In this document: piece after piece, positions 50,841 through 63,361 of the stretch
Numbering within the stretch: position 1 is the stretch's first letter
Layout: each line of letters opens with the position of its first letter
Source of the DNA: Polymyxa betae A26-41
Taxonomy: Eukaryota; Protista; Endomyxa: Phytomyxea
Direction: 5' to 3'
Length of the DNA: 64,000 bases
NCBI GenBank assembly: GCA_003693705.1
Contig: RBZT01000348.1
Span: forward strand, 1-64,000
Notes under the pieces: generated by a model
Told to the model about the DNA's origin: nothing
Databases searched by the model: none
What the model saw: the letters and a program-made list of their open reading frames with translations, nothing else
Program-made: the position numbers and the translations under genes

Positions 50841-51622
50841 TTATGCAACAAATGTCAGTATCAGCATGAGCCCAACCGGCAGGAATATATACCTGTAAGG
50901 AAAGCAATTCAGAATAACAGAACTCCATTATACAGCAATACGATAAACGAACCAGTATTTTCGGAAGATAGACGGGTCTTCCTGTTTGGATTCGGGCGCT
51001 TTATAAAGCAATTCCACATTCTTAGGTAATGGACCTTCTTCGAAAGGGAAAATATCCAATTCGGTGGAAATCTGTATCGGGGTCGTACTGGACACCGAAC
51101 ATTGCGTTCCAGGTGCAACCGTTGCATTCACCCTATAATCGGCGAAAATGATATTACCTTTGGAGTCACCCAAAAGTGTAATCTTTTCTTTAAATCCAGA
51201 TGCAATGAGCGAGCACTAAAAGCGAATTATTGTCAGAAAAGATAAAACTTTGAGGCGATTCAATACAGCATCTATAGAAGCAACGGATTCGAAGGCAGGA
51301 TTTGAATCAGTAGAGAGCTTTATGACAAAACGATCTCTTCCAGCAACTAAGTTATGAAGAGCAGACGGATCGACAATGAAACTATTGTCATTTAAAGGAG
51401 AAATTCGAAACGGTTGCTTGAAACTGGATCGGGAGTTATTAGGAATGACATTGACTCTGGAAATTATCAGGAACCAATGGCTCAGGAGAAGCTTAGATAC
51501 CTGAAGGTGGATACCGGCTGGGATCGTCCAGGTATTGATCGATGCAGTAAAACAGTATTTGTGGCAGCTACAGAGATTATAGCTATGACAATGACGTGTA
51601 CGACTAGAAGAACAGCAGCCAT
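50841..51622 (-). CDS. EMC10: ER membrane protein complex subunit 10-like
   Basis: Signal peptide, SLIASGFKEKITLLGDSKGNII, C-terminal PSIFRKYWYIFLPVGLML. Confidence 0.75.
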
Positions 51623-51748
51623 AACCAGCCTATTTACATTCAGATATCGATAAGGACAAAACCGCGCTGACAACCTCACAAATACACCGAAAACATGTTA
51701 TTAAGAAATTCTGTATTATCGAACACAAAAGCCGTTATATGACACAAT

Positions 51749-54700
51749 TTAATTAATGTCGACGTTGGTGATGTAGGAGATATCGTCGGTGTCATGTCGG
51801 TAAAGATCTTGTTTTAAACGAGTCTGGTCGAGGAAGTGGCCAATAAACCCAATCGATCGACCCAGAACGAATAAGCCGTTCAGAACACCCATCTGGACGT
51901 ATTCGTCTGCCTCCGCTTTGGTGAACAGACCACAAGAGCGAAGAAGATCCACGAAACAGACACCAATGCATCCATCAACGTTCAATATCAGATTGCTCTT
52001 CTTTTTGGTTGTGATGCGTTCAACTTGCAGAGCATATTCAAGTAGAGCATTGGACTGGAAGTGCTTCTCGGCAAATTCTCTGACCAGAACGACACGTTGG
52101 TCAGGGTTCTCCAAAGATTTAATTTTGTGCCCGATGCCTAAAATGAGCTGCTTCTTCTTGCGCATATCTTGGACGAATTCCTCTGGGGTCAAGCCTTTAT
52201 CGAAGGCTTCGGAGAAAGAGGCAGCGGCTCCATCCAAAGCACCACCGAAACGAGGACCAATGGTAAGCAGACCAGAACACAGAGATGAGATCAGGTCCTG
52301 AGTTAGATACATCAGTCAAACAATAGTCAGGAGATCCGGCGGTTAATTATACCTTTCCAGCACGAGCAGTGACAATGGTGTTATGAGCTCCTGAGACAGC
52401 AGGACCGTGATCAGCAGTAACCATCAAGACCATATCAATGAATCGGCAAGCGTAATCGGGCAACCGGCGGCGGAACCACAGCAGTCCAAGAACACCACCG
52501 ACGCCCATGTTTTCACTGAAGACATTCGTGATCTTCATTCCGGCATAGGTCAATTCCTCTCCACGCTCATCAGTAATTGATGAGACGAATGCAGCTGGAC
52601 GACGAATGAGACCAAGCTTGCGGGCCCAGTCGTAATCAACTGGAACTGCAGGAGGTTCAACCTCGGGTTTGGGGACGAGGGTTCCTAGGGACAGGTTCAA
52701 ACACATTTCTAGACGAACAGGCACAAAGCTACCTGCACGGACGAGGTTCACGTAAGTGTCATGAATGACAGAAGCGAATTCCTCAAAGTTTTGGGGAACA
52801 ATGGCTCCAGCAGATCGAAGGGCTTCATTCTTAGCCACTGCAGTCTCCAATTTGCCTTGAGCGCAAGCCCCAGCGTGGCCGAATTGGACCTCATATCCGA
52901 ACATATCGGCACAAGTTCCAGTACACCACGCCACTAAAGGCCTAAAAGATTTCAACCTCGAACGAAGCTGGTAATAAGAGCGAAATCTTACTTGGTGATA
53001 CGTCCACGAGCCAATGCTTCGCAAAGTTCGTGTTCTAAAGTTCCACCAACCTCGCCAAGAACAACGATCATCTTGACTTCCGGATTGGCTTCATAACGAA
53101 GAATGTGGTCTAAGAAGGTGGTCGCAGGATAACGGTCACCACCGATAGCGATGCCTTCATAAACACCATCTGTAGTTCGGCTAATGACATTGTTCAGTTC
53201 GTTCGACAAACCACCCGATCTGCAAAAGGGTTAATGTATGTATTCTATTGTGGGAAGTCAGAAGCATACCGGGAGACATAGGCAACACTTCCGGGTCGAT
53301 ACAATTTCGAAGCGATGATGTTATCAAGCATACCACCAGTGTTGCCAATGCGGAAGCATCCCTATGCAAGATCAGACATAAAACAGATAAAATAGCTAAA
53401 TTCTCACAGGTTTGATACCACCGACGGTAGCAGGCCCAATAATAGTGACGCCTTTGGCCTTGGCACTGGCAATAAGTTGCCGGGTGCGTTTTTCGGGGAC
53501 ACCTGAATGAACATTATTAGGAAAAAGTCTGAAAACAGCTTATGGCGTTGTCACCTTCAGCAATGATGGCGATAACCTTAAGCTGAGAATATTCAAGCAT
53601 TTCAACAGTTGAGTCAAAGACTGATCGTGACGAAGCGAAGTTAACGCACACATCAACTTTCGGGAACAGGCGGAGAGCTTCAGAGAGATTCTGATACACT
53701 GGAATCATAATCTAGGGTAGATTGATATGAGGTTTGCTTCATTGGACAGATACAAAATGACCTCTTTAGATCCCCAGTAAAACTTGCGGTAGTGATTGGA
53801 CGAGAAAGTGTACACAATGGCAGATACGGATGGAGTTTTACGTCCACAGATGTAATCAAAATCCAACATGTTTTGAACGGCTTTAGTCTACCAAAGAAGT
53901 AAATGAGAAGCGCTGCATATACAAACGAAATCACCTGCATTCCATTGACGATGGCGGTAGTTTCACGCGTGAAAAGAGATGCAGCTCTTTCAGCATCGGA
54001 AATAGGGACCTAATGAATCACAATCAGTAATTATAATCAAAGAGTTTGTCCAGCACCAAACCGTGTCTAAATAGGTGACTTCTCGTTTCGCCTGTTTGCC
54101 GTTTTCCTGGCTGCCGAAATCAAGAGAGGCGACCGGTTTATTGAAGGCCATGGCGACAATGGAGGTCAAATGAGTCTCGGGACCAAAAACTTCGATCTTT
54201 AAATCGAGCGAAACACCAAGCTCCTGAAAGAAGGATAAACAGTCTGTTTAGAGGAGAAACCAGATGTAGTATTACTCGGACACGCTTCAACCCTTCTTGG
54301 TAATTTGGTCCAGCACGGCGAACCCAGATGGATACATTTTGAGCTTTTAGAATGGAAGCAAATTCAGTGATGGCACGGCTGATTCCTTTGAAAGTTTCCT
54401 ATAGCAAGATATTAGACAAGAGAATGATTAGCGAGGCAACTATTTCATACCGCAACGTTGGTAAAGTTAGCAATACCTCCACCAATGATGAGAATTTTTC
54501 CGTCCGGGTGAGAGCTTTTGGTCATCAACCGGAGGATCGTTCTGGCATACTCAAATGTGAGGGATTCAGTCGGAGCTCCTGAATATTCTCCATAATTGGC
54601 AAGTTCCTAATCCAAATAACATCAGTAAACTGAAAAACGCAAACCCAGTATTTGTTCTTACATGGCCCATGCCGAAGTCAGAAATTGTATCGGCATAGAT

Positions 54701-55779
54701 GACAGAGGCACCACCTCCAGCAACCATCGTCCAGATACGTCCTTTCTCTGAATTATTGTTATCATTCAGGTAGCAAACAGCTCACAACTGGCAAATACCG
54801 TTGAGAATTGTAAGTTTGAGACTTGCACCAGTTTTCTCATCCAGCGAGTTAATGTATTCTTCGTCAGGAGTCGTGATTCGACCGAACGGAGCAGGGAAGG
54901 TAATATCTCCCCAAAGTTTATGACATTCATGACGAGCAGCTTCATCGAGCTTCGCAGCGAGATCAAGAGCAATGACCTAAATAGCAATTGTTAATGCGTT
55001 TTGAATCACACAAAGGCAATGCAGGCTTACATTGCCTGGGTTGTCAGTGACAACAAGAGGGTTGATTTCCAGATAGGCGAATTGGTATGTAGTGAAAAAC
55101 TGATAAAGGCCTTCGATATAGTCGCAGAGATACGCTTGTCGGTGAACGGGGACATCTAAACAATAATTAAATACTAAAAAAAAATAAAAATCAAGCATAC
55201 TGATCATCAAAGTTTTCTGCAGATCCTCTTCGGTAGGAATGGTTCCAACAGGGACAGGGAATCGCAACGCTTTGGAATCAACATCACCAACGTCAACACC
55301 TCCCTGATGGTGGAACAGAATAGTATCCACAGAGAGCTCCGATGTAATGCAGACGTAATATTCATCGTCCTAGGACAGTTAAAATCAATTGATATTATTA
55401 ATACGCATACAAATGAAATTACCTGTCCATGCGGAACAAAAGGTTCGACCAAGAAGTGAGTGAGAACACCAGTTACGCCTTCAACTTGTACAGGCTCTCC
55501 ACGACGCTCATTGATCCAGTTTTTAACTCCCTCCCAATCGACGTTCAGCGCAATCAGATTAGCTTTACCACGACGCTTGATTAGCATATCGGGTTTGACA
55601 ACGAGGCGACGTGTCAGCAGCCAAGGATGAACTTCCGGCATCTTCAAAACATCAGTATCAGGAGCAACTTGAGCTGCCAAGACAGATTGAGGGAATTCAG
55701 GCTCTTTGTCGGTGTTCATGTCCATCCATGATGCCAGCAAGCGCTTGCCGTCGTACTCACGAATCGCCTTTTGTGACAT
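51749..55779 (-). CDS. ACLY: ATP-citrate lyase, single-chain fused (ACL-A + ACL-B) form, many introns
   Basis: [82 protein letters not shown], then in the same spliced frame [22 protein letters not shown] (catalytic His), [11 protein letters not shown] and GIGHKIKS. Confidence 0.96.
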
Positions 55780-56158
55780 GCTTCACGTGTCTAAATATGA
55801 AATAAGAGAAGCGGCTGGGCGATACAGCGACGATGATTTCACCGCGCGACGATGATGGCTGAGAAGTTTGATGGATGATTTATAGGGAGAGACTATCTCT
55901 AGTGACCATGTCAATATACGCAGTTGACGTCATCAAGGCAAAACAAGGTATCATAAGATGACCTATTAAGAGCGTGCTGTTGTAGCAGTGACTGAGACTA
56001 GGGTTTCTGCTCTTTCGCTCCCCTTTCGATATGTAGTCAAGCAATGTTCGTTGCCTGATCTTAGAACTTCGGTTGCCTGCTCCAGGCCACAAGCTAGGAT
56101 TCCTGTCAAACCTGTCCCGGATCTGTTCGGGATTGTCGCGTGTCGTCATTCGCGTTTT

Positions 56159-56476
56159 ATGGAGAGGTCGATTCAAGCAGTTTCCTCGCTGGATCACTAC
56201 CTACGTGTCAAAGAAGCTCGATATCAACCCTGTGCTATATTGTTTTATGTCGATTGGTCGTCTGCCTGCCTTAAACTTCTTCCATTTTTCAAGAGTCTGG
56301 GGGCGATCTCGCAACGAGTCGAGTTTTTCACTGTCGATGTGGACAAACTTCCAAATCTAGATCCAGCTGTGGTTGAAGTCCCTTTTATTCTATTTTGTTT
56401 CGACGGCCAAGTTGTTGGGCGAATTATTGGCAACGATAGAGTCAAGCTTGTTGAGAAGGTGATCCTGCTAAGTTGA
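56159..56476 (+). CDS. Stand-alone thioredoxin-fold protein with atypical WSSAC site
   Basis: ILFYVDWSSAC..PFF..FFTVDVDK..VEVPFILF..GQVVGRIIG fits a Trx fold. Confidence 0.75.
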   Translation: MERSIQAVSSLDHYLRVKEARYQPCAILFYVDWSSACLKLLPFFKSLGAISQRVEFFTVDVDKLPNLDPAVVEVPFILFCFDGQVVGRIIGNDRVKLVEKVILLS

Positions 56477-56629
56477 CATAATAAATAATTAAAATGCTCT
56501 ATGGCATTGGTCTTTATTTATTGAAATATTCTGTTCTGGCCTGCAGACAACTTGACCCAATATCATCGCTTTTGTGCTTTATAGTAAGGACGACTCTTTG
56601 ATGTTTGCCACCGGCTTACGGCACAAGCT

Positions 56630-58232
56630 TCATCTAACTCTTTTGATGGCCTCGTCGTTGTTGCGTTCCTGAAAATGCTGGGCATTAGGGATGCCGATAT
56701 CAGGCACACTGGCAGCTCGACGTGCTTGGAACCTTGCATCATCTGGGATGATGATCTCAGGCATGCTCGCTGCACGTCGTGGTTGAAATGTTAAATCTCG
56801 TTTGCTTGCGAACATCTGCCCATGAGGACGAGCTCGTAGCATCTTCTTCTCGATTGGCGCTAGAGTCGTTTCTGAATGAGCGCTTGATGAGAAAGGTAAC
56901 TGATGCCCATCTGCCACATTGCAATGTGACGCCGCATGCTTCTTTCGTAAGAAGGGCAGATATCGGGCTAGTCGGTTGGCGATTCTGCTTGGAATCGACT
57001 CATGCGACATGATGATAGCCCAAACGTAACTATCAAGATGTTCTCTGAACCATATCATAACCTGAACCAGTTCCCATAACCGTTATATGGACGGTTTGTA
57101 GGCACGCGCGCCATTCCAGCTTTATTATCGAAATTTCTTGCTAGCGTTTATAATCGAAATTTACGCTGAGAACAATGGGACGATGCGTCTTTTCAGGCTT
57201 TGAGAGATTGATCCCTTTAGTTTTGATCACGTTGGCATCTGTCACAATGGTACTATTCGCATTGGATGCACCGCCTCGTGAGACGGCAACCATTGCAACT
57301 TTCTTCTGTTCAGGCACGAAACCACACTGATCACTCGGTAATTTCCTGTCAGAATTTGCTTTGGGTCTGCCATCAACATCAGATCTGCCATCAACATCAC
57401 TAGTATTGACTTCAGCTTGGGTCTGAATGTCTATTGTAGCCAATGTCAATCTTCGAGCATTTGAAGCACTTGCGTGCTGCCCTTCGGTGACACTTGAAGA
57501 ATTGCTATTGAGATTTGCTAAACTGGTTTGAACTGTCAAAGGTCGCTTGTCTGCGAGAGCGGCTGTTGCTGCTTGCACTTTACAGATCGGTTTGGGGGTT
57601 GAATCAGCCGGTAAATTGCCTGAAAATGATACTCTCTTTTTTAAAGAATATTGTATAGCCATATGATCTCGTTCCTTTATGCTTTGCTTTTGGAAGATAC
57701 TAGGCATGCCTGAGAAACAAGTGATGATGGGAATAGCAGCTAATACTAGATGCGATGTTGGTGCCACGATGATTACAATAGAGAATGCAGAAAGTATAAC
57801 AATAAGATAATACGATACAGCTGTACGTTTACAAGAAGCAGCAACACAAACTAAAAGGAATATCGAGATAACTTGACTCATTTGACGAAATCTATGTTCG
57901 ATAGTCGAGAGCTGGGCGCATCCAATAGACAGGTATAATGCAACTGCAATTACCTTCTTCTTCCTTCCATTGCAATTATCGCTGAAAAGTTCTGCAAATT
58001 GCTTTGGAACGACAATCAAAGCTGGAATGAAGCAATATTTGCTGATCAAGACTACTGGAGAGATATAGCTTTCGATAGCAAATACCAAATAGACAGTAGC
58101 GGCAATCGAGAACGTGATAGGTGAAGTTGGTGCACCAGATGGAACATTAGCTGCAGCTATTAGTGCAAAAGCCAGCGCAGATAATGAGTATACGACAGCT
58201 GAAACAACAGCAATCATTGGGAATCGGTCCAC
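56630..58232 (-). CDS. Hypothetical polytopic membrane protein with long disordered cytosolic C-terminus
   Basis: About 6-7 hydrophobic segments in ORF 57141-58232; the downstream ORF 56630-57058 probably continues it; 5' exon not resolved. Confidence 0.6.
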
Positions 58233-58748
58233 AGACCTAAAAATCTGTGAAATTGTTGCAGATCAGCTACCTGGTACCTGGATTCCGCTCCACGCAGTAA
58301 CTGTAAAATTAACGAGCGCAGCTTGTTAAGCAGCAACTTTATTCAGTAGCAGATTGCAAGAAATCGATCAATGATGATCGCTCTTTGTCATTCTTAATAC
58401 CAGCAAAAACCATTTTCGTCCCTAAAAAGTTCGGTAAACGATGACCGTCTGCGCGTTGCATGAGACTAACCTGGAATCATGGCTTTTGGATTTGTCAAGT
58501 ACGTATCAAGAGCTTCGGTGGACCAAGTGATACCCGACTCCATGTTCGCCTTTGTATAAGAGTACCCTTGTATGGATCCTGCAGGCCTTCCAACTAACCC
58601 AAACAGATTGGGACCTTGTTTATGAGAACCTCCCTGTACTGACATTTAGAAGCGGAAACATGGGAAAGAAATCAACATGCTTTCTCAATAGTATGGCAGG
58701 TAGCACATTTTTTCTTGAATACAGTTGCACCTTCTTTTACAGTATTAG

Positions 58749-59090
58749 CTACCGCTGGCTGCCCTTTGTCCTATTCGTTTTCAATAAGTTCATGAATGGT
58801 GCAAGCACTGCGTTCGCTACCGCTGCTGGCTGTTCTTTAGGTTCGGTGGGCTTTTCTACAGAAACGATCGCTTTCTTCTGAATAAAAGCCTTTCCAGATT
58901 CGAAAGAGTCAGCCTTCGCTTTAACCCAGACAACATAGGCAGCTGTCGCAGCTGCACCTATCCAGGCAGCGATTGCAAACTCTGATTTTTTCTTCTCAGG
59001 ATTGCCCATTCGGACCCATGACCTCACTACATCCGGATTAGACCCTGGAACTGACGAGAATCGTCGAACGACTCTGAAGACTCTCGCCAT
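58749..59090 (-). CDS. Small putative mitochondrial membrane protein
   Basis: Presequence-like MARVFRVVRRFSS; single TM FAIAAWIGAAATAAYVVWV. Confidence 0.6.
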   Translation of the reverse strand: MARVFRVVRRFSSVPGSNPDVVRSWVRMGNPEKKKSEFAIAAWIGAAATAAYVVWVKAKADSFESGKAFIQKKAIVSVEKPTEPKEQPAAVANAVLAPFMNLLKTNRTKGSQR

Positions 59091-59531
59091 AATATAACAC
59101 TTGCAGAGTCACACAGAGGGACTGCTACCTATCTAGCGAGTTATGTTACCGGTACCGCAATGCCGTTATCTTCTCCAGACTTGCTCTTTTAATTTCTCTC
59201 TCAAACATGCTATTAGCAGTCATTTCTCTGTCTCTCACTAAACTCTTCTCCATCCCTGGCTCTGGATATCTGCCTTTGTTTACTAGTATATTTTAGATGA
59301 AGAACCAGCTGCTGTTCTGGCCAAAAGTCAGCTGTTATCAGTCCAGATTAATCTTCTCATTCTCTGCAGTGGTGACCGGAAGCTGAACACTGAACGAACA
59401 GTCTGTAGTCTCTGAAAATCACTGCATAGAATATCTTGAACAAGGTAGCTTGCAACGGGCAGCAACGCGAGTCATTCACATAGACAAGCCGATTCAGGTG
59501 ATAGCTGAGCTCACTCATACCAGTATTTAGT

Positions 59532-61280
59532 ATGTCTCAAGTGTTTGATATATCTCTATTGATCTTGGCGATCAGCACATTATTATGCTCAACAGTAGGT
59601 GCTGCAGGAAAGAGTTGGCAATCGCTACCGAAGAATCTTTTCGATTGTTTACATAAGCTGGGGCTTACTCCAATCACCGAATCTAGTCCAGACTATAACC
59701 AGCTGCGATTGTCATGGAATCATCGCATCGATGTTCGACCTGAAGCTATCGTACTGCCCACATCGACTGAATCAGTCGCCAAAGCTGTTCAATGCTCTCG
59801 AGCTGCAGGAGTGAAGTTCTCCGTCCGATCAGGGAAACATTTTTATGAAGGTTATGGAGTTCAAACCGACGCTTTGCTGATCGACATGTCGAAAATGAAA
59901 ACCGTCGCCAAGGTGGACGAGAACGCCAACGAAGTCTGGTTGGACTCAGGACTAATTCTAGGAGGTAATGACGTTAACTTGATAACATGAAGGAACTAAT
60001 GATGATTTATAGAAGTGTACTACTACTTATCGGAATGGGGAAAGACACTTCCAGGAGGTACTTGTGGTAGCGTTGGTATGGGAGGTCATGTTCTTGGTGG
60101 TGGATTCGGTGTAAGATCACGAGCTTATGGTCTCTTGGTGGATCATGTCGCTGCTATCGAAATCGTCAGTGTCGACGGAGAAGTCTTGATCGCCGATTCG
60201 AATTCGCACTCAGATCTGTTCTGGGCATTGCTGGGCGCTGGTCAAGGCCAATTCGGCGTCGTCACAAGGTAAAGTCCCGTTTTATATTTCGCCTCTTTAA
60301 TCGACACGTTCAGATTTCGGTTCCAGACTGTTGAAGCGAAGCCGGCAATTGAATTCTCCTACCAATATCCAGTCGAATCGGCAGCAAAAGCGCTGAAATT
60401 TCTCTAGAAATTCGCAACAGATCCGAAAGCGCCGAATGAGATATGGATGATGGTATCGCTGGTTCGGTCTCGTGATTCTGTCGTTTTCTATGGCCAGTAC
60501 CTTGGCAGCCGAAAAGATTACAACAATATCAGTATTGTATTGAAATCGACGATGGGAGATCCAAAGACCGAGACGGTTCAGGAACTTTCATACATTCAAT
60601 CGATCCTCTCATTAGCCAACATTCCATTAACGGAGCCACCCAGTACTCTGCTCACTTGGGACTACATGCACACAGATTTCAATTGGAAAGCTCATTCAGG
60701 ATTCGTGAAGCAGGTTATACCAGAGAGTCGACTTGACGCTGTCGTTGCTTCATTTTACAATAGAAGCGCACCAGAATTCAATGTTTGGGATGCTTATATT
60801 CTATTCGATAGCTGGGGTGGCAACATCAAAAATCCATCCAACGCTCGAAGAAGCGCGTTTGCCCATCGAGATGCAATCATATCAGTACAAAGTTGGGTCT
60901 CTTGGACAACAGGCGATCCGATACAGAACGCTATAGTAGATGTATGATATGATTGTTTGGTTGAAAATAATGATACTGACTTTGAGCAGTGGCAATGCCA
61001 GGTCTGGAAAGTTCTAAACCCGAACTTATCGGGCGCTTTCGTTAATTACGCGGATGGTGAGTTGACCGATTACATGGACGCCTATTACCCAGGCCGAGTC
61101 AATAAATTGATCGAGGTCAAGAGCAAGTATGATCCCGACAACATAATGTATTACGCCCAGAGCATCCCTGTCAATAACTCCATGACAATTAACGATGAAA
61201 GCGTCACGAGTAATGTTAAAAATGCCGGCTCTGGAATGAGTGTCCTGGCTGCTCTTGGTGCTGCATATCTGTTCCATTAG
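59532..61280 (+). pseudogene. Secreted/GPI-type FAD-linked oxidase (berberine-bridge-enzyme-like, AA7) with one in-frame TAG at 60405-60407
   Basis: Signal peptide; PEAIVLP..SVRSGKHFYEG; GGTCGSVGMGGHVLGGGFG..RAYGL..D; DLFWALLGAG..FGVVT; AFAHRD; GAFVNY.D..YY..KL..VKSKYDPDN; hydrophobic C-tail. The family call is secure, but pseudogene status is uncertain. Confidence 0.8.
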
Positions 61281-61337
61281 TTACTGTCAACCCGAACGTA
61301 TAGATAAACTGGCATTCAGCAACCAATGACTGCAAGT

Positions 61338-63309
61338 TCAGTAGATAGAAAGCAGTCGTAAAGCGCTCTCTTTGTTGGGGTCAAATTTCGGCCAGTCCCA
61401 ATAAGGAATTTGGATGACGGACCAAGACGAATCCTTCAGAAACTCTCGAGCGATAAATTCGGTTCCAATCAAATGGGTGCCATTTCTGATGAAACATTGC
61501 TTGTCATCGAGCGCGATAACAGTTTTCATCTGTTCCAGGACACAATCAAAGCGATATCCGCTCTGACAGACCCGGGAGTTACGAGCATATGGAATTCCAG
61601 CCACATCCAAAGCATCGCAAAACCTTGATTTGAACTCGGCAGCGGATGGGTATAATCTTGATCGAATACGGCGGGAATTGAAAACAATTGATTTAAATTC
61701 GAGCGAATCCAATGCGGCCGACTGTACTGATGGCAGCAAACGTTGCAGAACGTCATGACAATAGCTGAAATTTTGGAATTAATCAATGATGAACGGAATA
61801 AAAGATCAACAAACAACCAACCTGAGATGTTTACCAGTAAATAAATTCTCCAAACGCATTATTGAGCTCAGCACCAAGTCTATATCGTCGAGCATATCAT
61901 AGACAGCCAAAGACCACAATACCCGAACAAGACAGCCTGGATCTGAAGTAGAAGCCAATAAAGAGGAGGCATGCGTAGCAATGACGGTCTTGGAGTCTTC
62001 TGGTATTGGATGATGCAGCATTGCCATCCCAAATATAGTTCTTGATAATGACTCTTCCGAAAGCTTCTGTTCGGTTATACATCGAGCCATTTCTGAGCAA
62101 AGTCGATTTAGTGATGAAGGATGGTGTACGCGAGATATGGAAATCGAGTTGGAGAATGCACCGACGAATTCTGCATTAATCATAGTAGGGATCTTGACAA
62201 TTCCTTCGCAAATGGCCAGAGAGCTTTGTAGCAAAAGTTCAGTGTTCGGTTGATGTAAACTGGAAAGCAGCATAGACAGTGACCGAAGTGATAATGAGCG
62301 AACTCTGGGCATGATCATCTTGGTTAATTGATGGTGAAGGTCGCTCAACGCCTTATAATGAGAACTATATTCTGGCAAAGCGGCGAGATGAGGATAATAG
62401 CGAGATACAGATTCTACAAGCTTGATTAAATCAACGATATCCATGCTGGAGGCGAATTTAGGAAACAGTTCGGAGGCGGTTTTTGCTAGTTCAGGATTGA
62501 ATAAGGAATTCCGAGCAAACTGAATAAATATTCGCAAAGCATCATCAGCTGATTCTTCATACAATCCATCAGCAAGCAGAACAGATACTTTGTTGGAAAT
62601 TTCCTGAATTAGTAACGAGTCTTTGTTGAAATCCGTTAAAGCGTAATTCAAGATTACACAAATTTCGTGAAGCGTCAGCTTAGAGACGATGACCTCAGCA
62701 TTATGGTTGATTGCTAATATGATGCCTTGATGTGGAAGAGAGAATCTCGACACGGCATCAAATAGCTCAATGACCTGAGAGCTGGTTATATTTGGGATCG
62801 GAATGACGCCAGCAATATTATCGAGTATGAATACAGCATCGCGTCTCGGAACAGCGTCTTCATATTTGGCAATAAGTTGTACAATCTGAAGGCAATCTGA
62901 GAACTGTGCATTCGGCAGCAGATCGGGCAATTGCTGCAGAATGTTGGACACGCTTATAAACTGTTCATGTTTAATTGCATATTTCAATGCACAGATAAAA
63001 GTTTCGAATCGGCCTATTACAGCTCTAAGCTAGGAATGGCGCTTCTTTAGTCAATGTACTTATCCGATAATCAGCAAGCTTCTCATTGAATTCTCGAAGA
63101 GATTCCGATGTGATACTAGCTCTGGAGCGTTTACCCAGCAAAGCCAATTTCTGCTCAATGTCAACTGAACAGGTGGAAGTCGAATCGGCGAGACGATGCA
63201 GCAGAGGTGTATTTCGAGAGGTGATTCGTTGACCTCGGCTAAATGCCTGCCTAAATCGCAATGGAGCTTGGGCAGTTAGTCTTGGGATCTGTGATATGCG
63301 ATTGATCAT
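61338..63309 (-). CDS. Organellar helical-repeat RNA-binding protein with C-terminal RAP domain (FASTK-like)
   Basis: Mitochondrial presequence-like start, helical repeats (RVLWSLAVYD), RAP motif GYRFDC..IALDD..F..GTE..REFL..WSVIQIPYWDW. Confidence 0.8.
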
Positions 63310-63361
63310 GACACCCTCTTATATATTAACTATTATGGGAGCAGAACCATGACATCCTCTC

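Noticed and set aside
12376-52301. Many antisense ORFs in the ORF track (e.g. 12376-12621, 18336-18656, 36029-36400, 51918-52301)
   Set aside because: They are shadows of well-supported genes on the opposite strand with no recognisable motifs.
60405-60407. Alternative genetic code (TAG = Gln)
   Set aside because: TAG terminates dynamin and this same gene at the expected C-termini, and I noticed no other in-frame TAG in the conserved exons I spliced.
11888-63309. Functional cluster of mitochondrial or lipid genes (Drp1, PSD, Tim23, RAP protein; PIP5K, ACLY)
   Set aside because: They are interspersed with unrelated genes over 50 kb, as expected by chance in a gene-dense genome.
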